Notes: generated from the letters alone by a model not told the origin. Numbered from the stretch's first letter, positions 1 to 8,431 are shown. The stretch is 64,000 nucleotides of DNA from Nautiliaceae bacterium (GCA_027036005.1 JALVTJ010000063.1:878-64877); one strand, 5' to 3'. A program made the numbers and translations.

Positions 1-59
1 TGCACTCACTCTCACGCTCGGTCGGATTTCCGCTTAGGGCGAAAATAGAGGAGGTGTAA

Positions 60-2243
60 ATGAATATAACTGAATCACTTAGAAAAATTTTATCAAACAT
101 AATAAATGAAACAAAAAGACGAAAAAACGAATATATTACCGTTGATCACGCTTTTTATATCTTGCTCAAACATAAAGAAATAAGAAATCTTTTGGAAGAT
201 ATAGGCGTTGATGTGGATTATGTAAGAAGAGGGCTTGATTATTATCTCGATAGGTATATAGAAAAAGTTCCAGTTGAAGTAAATCCAACCGAAACATTGG
301 CTTTTCATAAAGCTACTGAAAGAATGATAAATCATCTTCAAGGCATAAGAAAACCGGTTGCCGATGAGATTGATTTTTTTATTGCTCTTTTGGAAGATGA
401 GACAAGTTATACTTCGCAATTATTAAAAGAATTTGGTATAGAAAAGGTTGAAATTGTAGAGTATGTTACGGAAATAAAAGACGTGGAAAGCGAAATAGAA
501 GAGATAAAAAAAGAATCATCTCTTAAAGAATTTACTATGGAACTAACCAAAGAGGCAGTAAAATTTGACGATGTTATAGGAAGAGAAAAAGAGATTAGCA
601 GGGTTATTCAAATTTTGGCAAGACGCAAAAAAAACAATCCCGTTTTGGTTGGAGAAGCGGGAGTCGGGAAAACGGCGATAGTTGAAGGTCTTGCGAAAAA
701 AATAGCCAAAAAAGAAGTTCCGGATATTTTAAAAAACAAAAAAATATATTCTCTTGATATGGGAAGTTTGATTGCCGGGACAAAATACAGGGGTGAATTT
801 GAAAAAAGATTAAAATCAATTCTTAAAGAGCTTAAAAAAGAAAAAGAGCCAATTTTATTTATCGATGAAATACATATGATTGTTGGTGCCGGTGCGGCAG
901 GGGATTCTAAAATGGATGTAGCGAATTTGCTAAAACCGGCTCTTGCCAAAGGTGAAATTAGATGTATAGGAGCCACCACTTATGAAGAATATAAAAATTA
1001 TTTCGAAAAAGACAAAGCGCTTAATAGAAGGTTTCAAAAAATCGATATAGCGGAGCCGAGCATTGAAGATACGGTTAAGATTTTAAAAGGTCTTCAAAAA
1101 AAATACGAAGAATTTCATAATGTTCGCTATTCTGCCAAAGCAATAAAAACAGCCGCAATTTTGGCTAAAAAATATTTAAGAGAAAAATATCTGCCAGATA
1201 GCGCAATTGATTTGATTGACGAAGCGGGGGCGAAATATAAACTAAGAGGCAAAAAACTTATTACAAAAAGCGATATAGAAGGAATCGTTGCAAGTATAGC
1301 AAATATTCCCAAAGAAAACGCCGGCGCAAATGAGATTGAAAAACTTAAATCTTTGGAAGAAAATCTTAATAAAAAAGTTTTCGGACAAGAAAAAGCGATA
1401 AAAGAACTTGTAAAAGTAATTAAAAGAAAAAAAGCGGGTCTTACAAGAGAAGATAAACCCATAGGAAGTTTTCTTTTTGTAGGACCTACCGGAGTGGGTA
1501 AAACGGAAATAGCCAAACAGCTTGCAAATATTCTCGGGATTAATTTTTTAAGATTTGATATGAGCGAATATCAAGAAAAACACTCAGTTGCAAAACTCAT
1601 AGGCTCGCCTCCCGGGTATGTAGGATATGAAAAAGGAGGACTTTTAACCGAAGCAATAAGAAAAAATCCTCATACGGTATTATTGTTGGATGAAATAGAA
1701 AAAGCACATCCTGATATTGTGCAAATTTTACTTCAAGTTATGGATAATGCCACGCTTACGGATAATGACGGTAGAAAAGCCGATTTTAGAAATGTCGTTT
1801 TGATTATGACGAGCAATCTTGGAGTAGGAGAAGGTCAAAATTTGGGATTTATGCAAGAATTTAGCGAATTTAAAGAAGAGGCAATCCATAGATTTTTTGC
1901 ACCCGAATTTTTAAATAGACTTGATAGTATTGTCAGATTTAAACCTCTAAGCAAAGAATCGGTTCTTATGGTGGTTGATAAATTTATAAATGAACTTCAA
2001 GAAAGGTTAAATAACAAAAAAGTAAAAATCACTCTTACAAAAAGAGCAAAAGAATCCCTTGCACAAAAAGGTTATACTCCGTCTTTGGGGGCAAGACCGC
2101 TTGCAAGGGTTATTGAAGAAAAAATCGTAGAACCTTTGAGCGATGAAATACTTTTTGGTGAGCTTAAAAGCGGAGGTGAAGTGAAAATAGATTTTGTTAA
2201 AGGAAAGTTTGTTTTAAAGAAAAAGAATGATAAAAGTAAATGA
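60..2243 (+). CDS. clpA: ATP-dependent Clp protease ATP-binding subunit ClpA
   Basis: 727 aa ORF with two AAA+ modules (Walker A GEAGVGKT and GPTGVGKT) and a Clp N-domain. GAGGAGG SD lies just upstream of the ATG. Confidence 0.93.
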   Translation: MNITESLRKILSNIINETKRRKNEYITVDHAFYILLKHKEIRNLLEDIGVDVDYVRRGLDYYLDRYIEKVPVEVNPTETLAFHKATERMINHLQGIRKPVADEIDFFIALLEDETSYTSQLLKEFGIEKVEIVEYVTEIKDVESEIEEIKKESSLKEFTMELTKEAVKFDDVIGREKEISRVIQILARRKKNNPVLVGEAGVGKTAIVEGLAKKIAKKEVPDILKNKKIYSLDMGSLIAGTKYRGEFEKRLKSILKELKKEKEPILFIDEIHMIVGAGAAGDSKMDVANLLKPALAKGEIRCIGATTYEEYKNYFEKDKALNRRFQKIDIAEPSIEDTVKILKGLQKKYEEFHNVRYSAKAIKTAAILAKKYLREKYLPDSAIDLIDEAGAKYKLRGKKLITKSDIEGIVASIANIPKENAGANEIEKLKSLEENLNKKVFGQEKAIKELVKVIKRKKAGLTREDKPIGSFLFVGPTGVGKTEIAKQLANILGINFLRFDMSEYQEKHSVAKLIGSPPGYVGYEKGGLLTEAIRKNPHTVLLLDEIEKAHPDIVQILLQVMDNATLTDNDGRKADFRNVVLIMTSNLGVGEGQNLGFMQEFSEFKEEAIHRFFAPEFLNRLDSIVRFKPLSKESVLMVVDKFINELQERLNNKKVKITLTKRAKESLAQKGYTPSLGARPLARVIEEKIVEPLSDEILFGELKSGGEVKIDFVKGKFVLKKKNDKSK

Positions 2244-2907
2244 ATTTCCTCCGCTTTATCTACTTGATGATTTTGAATTTCCTTCTCCTTATGAAGAGTT
2301 TGAAGACGGATTTGTAGGTGCGAGTTACGATTTGCATCCTAAAAGATTATTAGAAGGGTATTCGCTCGGTTTTTTTCCTTGGTATCAGGATAATGACGGG
2401 CTTTTTCACTGGTTTGTATTAAACGAAAGAATGCTTTTAAAAACCGATGAAGTTAATATTACCAAAAAACTTTCTAAAAAACTCAGAAGTAAAAAATGGG
2501 AATTTAAAATAAATACCAGGTTTGACGATGTGATAAATTACTGCTCAAATGTAAAAAGAAAGCACGAAAGCGGAACATGGATAAACAATGAATTTAAAAA
2601 AGCCTATAAAAAACTTTATGAGCTTGGATTTGTCCTTTCGGTTGAGAGTTATTACGAAGGGGAGTTGGTGGGAGGCTTTTACGGAGTTGCAATAAACAAA
2701 TATTTTAGCGGAGAGAGTATGTTTCATATAAAAAGCGACGCTTCCAAATTAGCTTTGATTTATTTTTGCGATATTTTACATCAAAACGGGATAGAATATA
2801 TTGATTGTCAAGTCCCAAGCGAACATTTGGCAAGTATGGGCGGGAAAATATACAAAAAAAAAGAATTTTTACCAATAATACAAAAAGCAAGTGGAAAACT
2901 CGATTAA
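2227..2907 (+). CDS. aat: leucyl/phenylalanyl-tRNA--protein transferase
   Basis: 226 aa. Matches the Aat pattern (GFFPWY, GTWIN, ELVGGFYGV, GESMF, IDCQV). Overlaps the clpA 3' end by 17 nt. Confidence 0.9.
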   Translation: MIKVNEFPPLYLLDDFEFPSPYEEFEDGFVGASYDLHPKRLLEGYSLGFFPWYQDNDGLFHWFVLNERMLLKTDEVNITKKLSKKLRSKKWEFKINTRFDDVINYCSNVKRKHESGTWINNEFKKAYKKLYELGFVLSVESYYEGELVGGFYGVAINKYFSGESMFHIKSDASKLALIYFCDILHQNGIEYIDCQVPSEHLASMGGKIYKKKEFLPIIQKASGKLD

Positions 2908-2920
2908 TTTTTGATAAAAT
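2908..2920 (+). promoter_or_regulatory. candidate extended -10 promoter TTTTTGATAAAAT
   Basis: Exact 13-mer recurs at 13649, 37552 and 50891, always 20-45 nt upstream of a plus-strand gene start. It has TGnTAAAAT architecture preceded by a T-run. Confidence 0.45.
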
Positions 2921-2940
2921 CAAATCAAAAACGGATTTTA

Positions 2941-5163
2941 ATGAAAAATACCACTCTAAAATACAATTTTTATAGAAAATTGATTTTATGGTTTCCTGTT
3001 TTTTCAGGTTTAATTACTCTATTATTGAGTTTGGGAATTATATATTTTACATTTCAAAATTACTATACAAAAGAAAAAGAAGCTGTTAAAAGCGAATTTT
3101 TTTCTAATCTAAAAACTATCACAAAACAAAGAGTAACAACCGCTTTGAAAGTCTTAAATCAAATTTATAATATTTCCGTTATCAATGAAAAAGAAAAATT
3201 AAAAGAAATACTTGATATCATAATTAAAAATAAAAAACAGGATATAAAAACACAGAATATAAAAATAAAAATTTCCAAAGAACCTCTAAAATTAGATACA
3301 AATAAATATATTGTTGTTTTTAAAAAGAAAGGAGATCTGTTTTATTATGTTTATGAAAATAAAGATTTAATAAAAAATAAAATCAAAAAAGAAATAGCCA
3401 CACTTTTTGATGCGTTCAGGTGGGGTAAAAAAGGATATCTGTTTGTTCATAATCCCAAAGGTATATGTTATTATCATATAAATAAATCTTTCATAGGCGA
3501 AAACAAATGGAATTTAAAAAGAGGCGGTGTTTATATTGTTAGAAAACTGATAAAAGCCGCTCTTTCCCACCCAAATGGTGCATATGTGGAATATCTGGCA
3601 TATAATCCTTCCGGAAAACCCATTCCTAAAATATCTTTTATAGTTTATGATAAAAATATGGATTTGACAATAGGGAGCGGAATATATTTGAATGAATTGA
3701 ATAAACGACTTTTTTCGCTTGAAATGAAAAATAAAATTTTACTTCGTTTTTTAATTAAAAGGCTTTTAGTTTTATTTTTAATTTTATTTATTGTTTTTGT
3801 TTTTATAGCAATTATTATTTCGGAAGTAATTTTTAAAAGATTCAAAAAATATGAAGAGAAATTATTCCTTTTGGAAATCGAAAAAAGAGAAAAAGAGTGT
3901 AAAGACGAATTTACAGGACTTTTGAATAGAAAATGTTTGAAAAAAGAATTTGAAAAATATAAAAATCAAAATATTGCCGTTATGGATATTGATGTAAATG
4001 ATTTTAGAAATATTAATGAAATTTACGGAAATAAAATAGGAAACAAAATAGTAAAAATTCTCGCAGAAAAACTGAAAAATATCATAAAACGGACCGATAT
4101 TTTGGGAAAAGGAAAAATAGACGAATTTATACTTTTAATTAGGTTTGATAAAAAAAATGATATTGTTCATTTGATAAAAAGAGTTTATGATACATTAAGC
4201 AGAAGTATCAAAATAGATTCAAAAGAGATATATCCTTCTGTAAGAATTGGCATTGCTTTTAACAAAACTGACAGTAATGATTTTGACGATTTGGTCAACA
4301 AAGCTTCTATGAGCGCTTATAATGCCAAAAAAAACGATGTAAAAATCGCTTATTACAATAAAGAAATAGACGGAAAATTGAAAAAATATCTGGAAATTAA
4401 AAACGAACTTATCAAAATGATGAAAACGAACGATTTTTCGGAATTTGAAATACATTATCAGCCGCAAATAGACAAAAATGAACATTTAGCTGGTATGGAG
4501 GCTTTAATAAGATGGAATCATCCTGAAAAAGGAGTGATTTCTCCCGGAGAATTTTTACCTGTTGCCATTAATGAGGGATTTATAAAAAAAATAGATTTGT
4601 GGACAATAGAAAGTGTAATAAAACAGATTAAAATATGGTTAAACAAAGGTTATAATCCGGGAGTAATTTCTTGTAATGTAACAATGCAGCAGCTTGAAAG
4701 CAGAGATTTTATAAGCAAGTTAACAAATTTAATACAAAAATATAATTTTGATACGAAATATCTTGGAATTGAAGTTACGGAAGAGAGCATTATGCAAAAC
4801 GCCGAAAATGTCAATAAAAGTCTTTATCAAATAAAAGATTTGGGTATTGTTATTTCTCTCGATGATTTCGGAACGGGATATTCCAATTTTATGAAACTCA
4901 AAACACTGCCTATCGATAAGTTAAAAATAGATAAAAGTTTTATCGACGGTATCCCAGATGATAAAAATGATGTCGCTCTTACCAAAATTGTCATTCAAAC
5001 AGGAAAAATCCTTAATTTAAGCTTAATCGCAGAAGGGGTGGAGACTAAAAAACAAAAAGATTTCGTTTTTGAAAACGGAGTTGATTATATACAAGGATAT
5101 TATTATTCGAAACCTTTGCCTGCAAACGAAATAGAAAAAAAATATTTCAACTCAAAATCTTAA
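2941..5163 (+). CDS. membrane sensor protein: Cache-like periplasmic domain, degenerate GGDEF, intact EAL (probable c-di-GMP phosphodiesterase)
   Basis: Two TM segments flank a Cache-like region (GKKGYLFVHNPKG). GGDEF position reads GKIDEF. EAL signature residues are present (EALIRW, EVTEE, DDFGTGYSN, KIDKSF, EGVET). The ATG at 2941 is preferred over the TTG at 2911, which lies inside the promoter 13-mer. Confidence 0.85.
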   Translation: MKNTTLKYNFYRKLILWFPVFSGLITLLLSLGIIYFTFQNYYTKEKEAVKSEFFSNLKTITKQRVTTALKVLNQIYNISVINEKEKLKEILDIIIKNKKQDIKTQNIKIKISKEPLKLDTNKYIVVFKKKGDLFYYVYENKDLIKNKIKKEIATLFDAFRWGKKGYLFVHNPKGICYYHINKSFIGENKWNLKRGGVYIVRKLIKAALSHPNGAYVEYLAYNPSGKPIPKISFIVYDKNMDLTIGSGIYLNELNKRLFSLEMKNKILLRFLIKRLLVLFLILFIVFVFIAIIISEVIFKRFKKYEEKLFLLEIEKREKECKDEFTGLLNRKCLKKEFEKYKNQNIAVMDIDVNDFRNINEIYGNKIGNKIVKILAEKLKNIIKRTDILGKGKIDEFILLIRFDKKNDIVHLIKRVYDTLSRSIKIDSKEIYPSVRIGIAFNKTDSNDFDDLVNKASMSAYNAKKNDVKIAYYNKEIDGKLKKYLEIKNELIKMMKTNDFSEFEIHYQPQIDKNEHLAGMEALIRWNHPEKGVISPGEFLPVAINEGFIKKIDLWTIESVIKQIKIWLNKGYNPGVISCNVTMQQLESRDFISKLTNLIQKYNFDTKYLGIEVTEESIMQNAENVNKSLYQIKDLGIVISLDDFGTGYSNFMKLKTLPIDKLKIDKSFIDGIPDDKNDVALTKIVIQTGKILNLSLIAEGVETKKQKDFVFENGVDYIQGYYYSKPLPANEIEKKYFNSKS

Positions 5164-5770
5164 CGACTCTGCCTATTATTTTTATCTCTTCTCCTGATAC
5201 CACTTCCGGTAAATATGCTTTATTATCGGATATAAGCTCTATTTTGGCGTTGCTTTTTAATCTCACTCTTTTTACAAAAACCCCGGCGGGTGTGCTTATT
5301 ACGAATATTCCTCCGTTTATGATGTTCGTATCGTTTCTGTCTATAAAAATAGTGCTTCCATCTTTAATGGTCGGCTCCATTGAATCGCCCGTAACGTTTA
5401 TTGCGTCCAAATTTTTATCTATGATTTTTTTATCGATATAAATAATCTCATAACTTTCGTCAAAATTTATTGCACCTCCTCCGGCGGAAGCGTTTATGTC
5501 TTTGAAATATCTTACGGTGGAAAATTTTTCCGTTTGTTTGAAAATTTCTTCGCTTTGTTGATTGAATAAGAGCCAATTTATAGATATTTTTCTTTTTGCA
5601 CAAAAATACGCTATTTCTTCAAAAGGGATTTTGTTTCTTTTTTTAAGCACGGATAAATTCTCAGGTGTTATTCCGAGAGCTTTTGCTACATCTTTGTTTA
5701 AAACTTTTCTCTCTCCTATTTCATTTGAGAGAATATCTTTTATTTTTTCAATAATTTCTTCAAAATTCAT
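5147..5770 (-). CDS. XRE-type HTH / S24 peptidase (LexA/CI-like) repressor
   Basis: 207 aa. N-terminal HTH (VAKALGITPENLSVLKK), linker with Ala-Gly (SAGGG), S24 Ser motif GDSMEPTI and Lys motif FVKRV. Confidence 0.85.
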   Translation of the reverse strand: MNFEEIIEKIKDILSNEIGERKVLNKDVAKALGITPENLSVLKKRNKIPFEEIAYFCAKRKISINWLLFNQQSEEIFKQTEKFSTVRYFKDINASAGGGAINFDESYEIIYIDKKIIDKNLDAINVTGDSMEPTIKDGSTIFIDRNDTNIINGGIFVISTPAGVFVKRVRLKSNAKIELISDNKAYLPEVVSGEEIKIIGRVVKILS

Positions 5771-5779
5771 TAAACATCC

Positions 5780-5794
5780 TTAACAATTTGTTAA
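5780..5794. promoter_or_regulatory. perfect palindrome TTAACAA-T-TTGTTAA (candidate operator)
   Basis: 7-bp arms with 1-nt spacer. Sits between the repressor -10 and its SD and overlaps the SD. An extra TTGTTAA half-site is at 5819-5825. Confidence 0.5.
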
Positions 5795-5807
5795 TTTTTC
5801 TTTTCTA

Positions 5808-5835
5808 ATTATATCTTTTTGTTAATATTTGTCAA
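5808..5835 (-). promoter_or_regulatory. sigma70-type promoter of the S24 repressor gene
   Basis: On the minus strand: TTGACA (5830-5835), 16-nt spacer, TATAAT (5808-5813). Confidence 0.5.
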
Positions 5836-5847
5836 GAAATGTATAAT
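5819..5847 (+). promoter_or_regulatory. candidate promoter of the Y-family polymerase gene
   Basis: TTGTTA (5819-5824), 17 nt, then TG-extended TATAAT (TGTATAAT, 5840-5847). SD AAGGGA and the ATG at 5860 follow. Confidence 0.45.
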
Positions 5848-5859
5848 AAAAGGGAAATT

Positions 5860-7098
5860 ATGATATTTCATATGGATTTGGACTGTTTTTTTGTATCCGC
5901 TCATAGAATTTACGATACAAATCTTTCAAATAAACCGGTTGTGGTAGTAAAAAGGAATGACAGGGAAATTTTTGAAAATCGAAAACACGAGGTTTTAAAC
6001 TTAAACAAAGGAGCTTTTACAGGGGATATAATTGTTACAAAAAAAGAGTATGACAGAAGCTATTTTATTGAAAACGGTAAAATCAGAGGCATTGTGGTAA
6101 CTTCGAGTTATGAAGCAAGGGCTCTTGGTATAAAAACCGGGACGACATTAAAAGAAGCGCTTGAAATTTGTCCTAATTTAACGGTTTTACTTCCTAATTA
6201 CAAACTCTATCATACGCTTTCATATAAACTGAAACTTTTTTTGAAAAGAAGAATTCCTCAAATAGAACAATACAGCATAGACGAGTTTTTTGGAGATGTA
6301 GGAGGGTGGGTGGAAGAGGAAGATATTTTTGATTTTGCAAAAAAACTTAAAAAAGAAATAAAAGAGAAATTCGCTTTGCCTATTTCCATAGGTATCAGCA
6401 AAGCAAAATGGATAGCCAAACTCGCCACTTCTTATGCCAAACCGGATGGAATTTATAAGGTAGATAATATTTATGAATTTATAAAAAACATACCCGTAGA
6501 AAAATTTCCCGGAATAGGCAGGAAAATCGAAAAAAAATTAAAAGAAAGAGGAATTTTCACTTTGAAAGATGTGGTTGAAAATAAAGAGTATTTATATTCA
6601 TGGGGGAAAAACGGGAAAATTTTATACAAAAGGATTATCGGGGAAGATTACGAAAAGGTCGAAGAAAAAGAAAAGAGAAAAAGCATAGGCATATCAAGAA
6701 GATTTGATCCGGTTTTTTCAAGAGAAGAGATTATCAGGAGAATTTATATTTTATGCAGGTATCTCTCTTTTATCATTGCTAAAAAAAGATTAAATCCTAC
6801 ATTTTATTATTTAAAAATAAAATATGCTTCTTCTAAAAAATCAAAATCGCATAAAATAATTTACAGACTTTTTAATGAATTATTGCTAAAAGACACAATG
6901 AGAGAGCTTTTTATAAAAGCGGATATTTATGAAGAATCGATTGTTTCTGTTTCTTTAAGTGTGTCGAAATTTAAAAAAGTTAGTAATTTGTTTGATTATG
7001 AAAAAGATTTGAAACTTAGTAATTTAAACAATGCTTTGAATAAAATAAGATTTAGATACGGAATAAGCTCCATTATAGGAGCGGATGAAATTATTTAG
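5860..7098 (+). CDS. dinB: Y-family DNA polymerase (Pol IV/DinB-like)
   Basis: MDLDCFFVS, SSYEARALG and YSIDEFFGDV catalytic motifs. Start moved from 5839 to the in-frame ATG at 5860, because 5840-5847 is a TGTATAAT box and an SD precedes 5860. Confidence 0.85.
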   Translation: MIFHMDLDCFFVSAHRIYDTNLSNKPVVVVKRNDREIFENRKHEVLNLNKGAFTGDIIVTKKEYDRSYFIENGKIRGIVVTSSYEARALGIKTGTTLKEALEICPNLTVLLPNYKLYHTLSYKLKLFLKRRIPQIEQYSIDEFFGDVGGWVEEEDIFDFAKKLKKEIKEKFALPISIGISKAKWIAKLATSYAKPDGIYKVDNIYEFIKNIPVEKFPGIGRKIEKKLKERGIFTLKDVVENKEYLYSWGKNGKILYKRIIGEDYEKVEEKEKRKSIGISRRFDPVFSREEIIRRIYILCRYLSFIIAKKRLNPTFYYLKIKYASSKKSKSHKIIYRLFNELLLKDTMRELFIKADIYEESIVSVSLSVSKFKKVSNLFDYEKDLKLSNLNNALNKIRFRYGISSIIGADEII

Positions 7099-7435
7099 AA
7101 GGTATTAAATTGAAATTATCATCAGGATGTAAAAGGTCCAGAATTTTTCCACTTTTATGACATTTTACACAGGATTTAAGCTTTTGATGTTGCGGTATGG
7201 GAGTATTTATCAGTTTTTGTCTGCTGTGGCACTCAAAACAATCCGCTCCGCATTTATCCATTCCTTTGCTTGGATGGTTTGGATGGCATTTTGTGCAGGA
7301 GGTTAAAAAATGATGATATTTATAATATCTGTTTTTTGGATTTGTTTCAAGCGGTTTTAATTTTGGATGGCATTCAAGGCAGTTTGAGCTGCAAGCAAAA
7401 AGAAAAACCGAAATAAAAATTATCAGTTTTTTCAT
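7091..7435 (-). CDS. small tetraheme c-type cytochrome, probable lipoprotein
   Basis: 114 aa. Signal peptide with lipobox-like LFAC. Four CXXCH motifs (CLECH, CTKCH, CFECH, CVKCH) plus five extra His. Its ATG overlaps the upstream stop (TAATG). Confidence 0.8.
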   Translation of the reverse strand: MKKLIIFISVFLFACSSNCLECHPKLKPLETNPKNRYYKYHHFLTSCTKCHPNHPSKGMDKCGADCFECHSRQKLINTPIPQHQKLKSCVKCHKSGKILDLLHPDDNFNLIPSK

Positions 7436-8367
7436 TATTTTGCTTTACAATTATTATAATTTTGTTTACATTCTTCTTTTAAACAAAATCTTGGAGGTTT
7501 TTTGTTTAATACGTCCGTTATGTTATCAAAACTTATTTGCATAATACGCCTTAGGGCCTCTTTTGTATAATAAGCCATATGAGGGGTTGCTATGATATTT
7601 TCTTTTTTAGCCAAGTTCCAATCAGGCAATACATCAGCGGCTATTATCCCATCAAAGTTTTCATACACATCTTTGCTTATAATTTCTGCTCTTGCAGGAT
7701 TTATTATGATGGTTCCTTTGAAATTTTTAATATTTTGAGAATTAATCAGGTTTTTTGTTTGAGGCGTTAAAGGAAGAGCAATAAATAAAAAATCACTATT
7801 TTCCAAAACTTCATCCAAAACAGGTGTGGTTTTTACAAAATCTTTGCGGTGTCTTGTATATCCAATTACATTTGCTCCGAATCCTTTTGCAATTTTTACC
7901 ATTTGTGTTCCTATGGTTCCGATACCCAAAATTCCTATTGTTTTGCCTTCAATTTCAGTTCCTTTTAAATCTTTGTAGTTCAAATCGCCTTCTTTCACCC
8001 TCTCAATTGCTATATAAATTTTTCTAATAGCTTCAAGCAAAAGTCCGAATGCGAATTCTCCTACCGCCGGACCTGCATATCCTTTGGCATTACTTACGAA
8101 AATTCCTCTTTTATAACATTCGACTATATCTATATGGTCGTATCCGGCCGAGCGGGTTTGAACATATTTTAGATTAGGGAGATTATCGAGAATTGTTTTA
8201 TCTATTTTGGAATAAATAAATACGGATATAATGTCAAAGTCATAAGGTTTTGTAATTATTTCGTTGGCTTTTTCTTTGAAAAAAAACAATTCAACCTCAA
8301 AATTTTTTAAAGCGTTTTGAAAAAACTCTTTTTCTTCTTTTTTTATTTCAAAAAACGCTATTTTCAT
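7435..8367 (-). CDS. D-isomer-specific 2-hydroxyacid dehydrogenase family, NAD-binding
   Basis: 310 aa. Rossmann motif GILGIGTIGTQ and C-terminal catalytic His context (ATPHMAY). SD GGAG lies upstream. Confidence 0.88.
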   Translation of the reverse strand: MKIAFFEIKKEEKEFFQNALKNFEVELFFFKEKANEIITKPYDFDIISVFIYSKIDKTILDNLPNLKYVQTRSAGYDHIDIVECYKRGIFVSNAKGYAGPAVGEFAFGLLLEAIRKIYIAIERVKEGDLNYKDLKGTEIEGKTIGILGIGTIGTQMVKIAKGFGANVIGYTRHRKDFVKTTPVLDEVLENSDFLFIALPLTPQTKNLINSQNIKNFKGTIIINPARAEIISKDVYENFDGIIAADVLPDWNLAKKENIIATPHMAYYTKEALRRIMQISFDNITDVLNKKPPRFCLKEECKQNYNNCKAK

Positions 8368-8431
8368 ATCTACTCCTTTTTTTATTAATTATAAACATAA
8401 AAAAAAAGAAGTAAATCAAAAAATTGACAAA

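Noticed and set aside
1-48. GC-rich stretch at the left window edge (cactcactctcacgctcggtcggatttccgcttagggcg), which could be the 3' end of a structured RNA.
   Set aside because: It is too short and truncated by the window. I could not match it to tRNA T-arm/acceptor, tmRNA, 5S or RNase P endings, and no convincing hairpin is present. Left unassigned.
93-979. Antisense ORFs in the supplied track inside clpA. Many similar ones occur elsewhere, for example 20118-20591(-), 28120-28606(-), 30036-30389(-), 43590-44015(-), 45897-46346(-) and 63530-63940(-).
   Set aside because: Each lies wholly within a strongly supported gene on the opposite strand. They have low-complexity or hydrophobic shadow-frame composition, no SD and no recognisable motif.
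2911-2940. Track start (TTG at 2911) for the GGDEF-EAL gene, and the similar long track starts at 10927, 13574, 46540 and 5839.
   Set aside because: The upstream extensions lack an SD and overlap promoter elements or the preceding gene. Downstream in-frame ATGs have a good SD and yield normal N-termini.
5147-7435. S24 repressor region considered as a prophage or integrative-element remnant.
   Set aside because: No integrase, excisionase, Cro/antirepressor, structural or att-like repeats are nearby. The flanking genes look like ordinary chromosomal genes. The possibility remains open until the whole genome is inspected.
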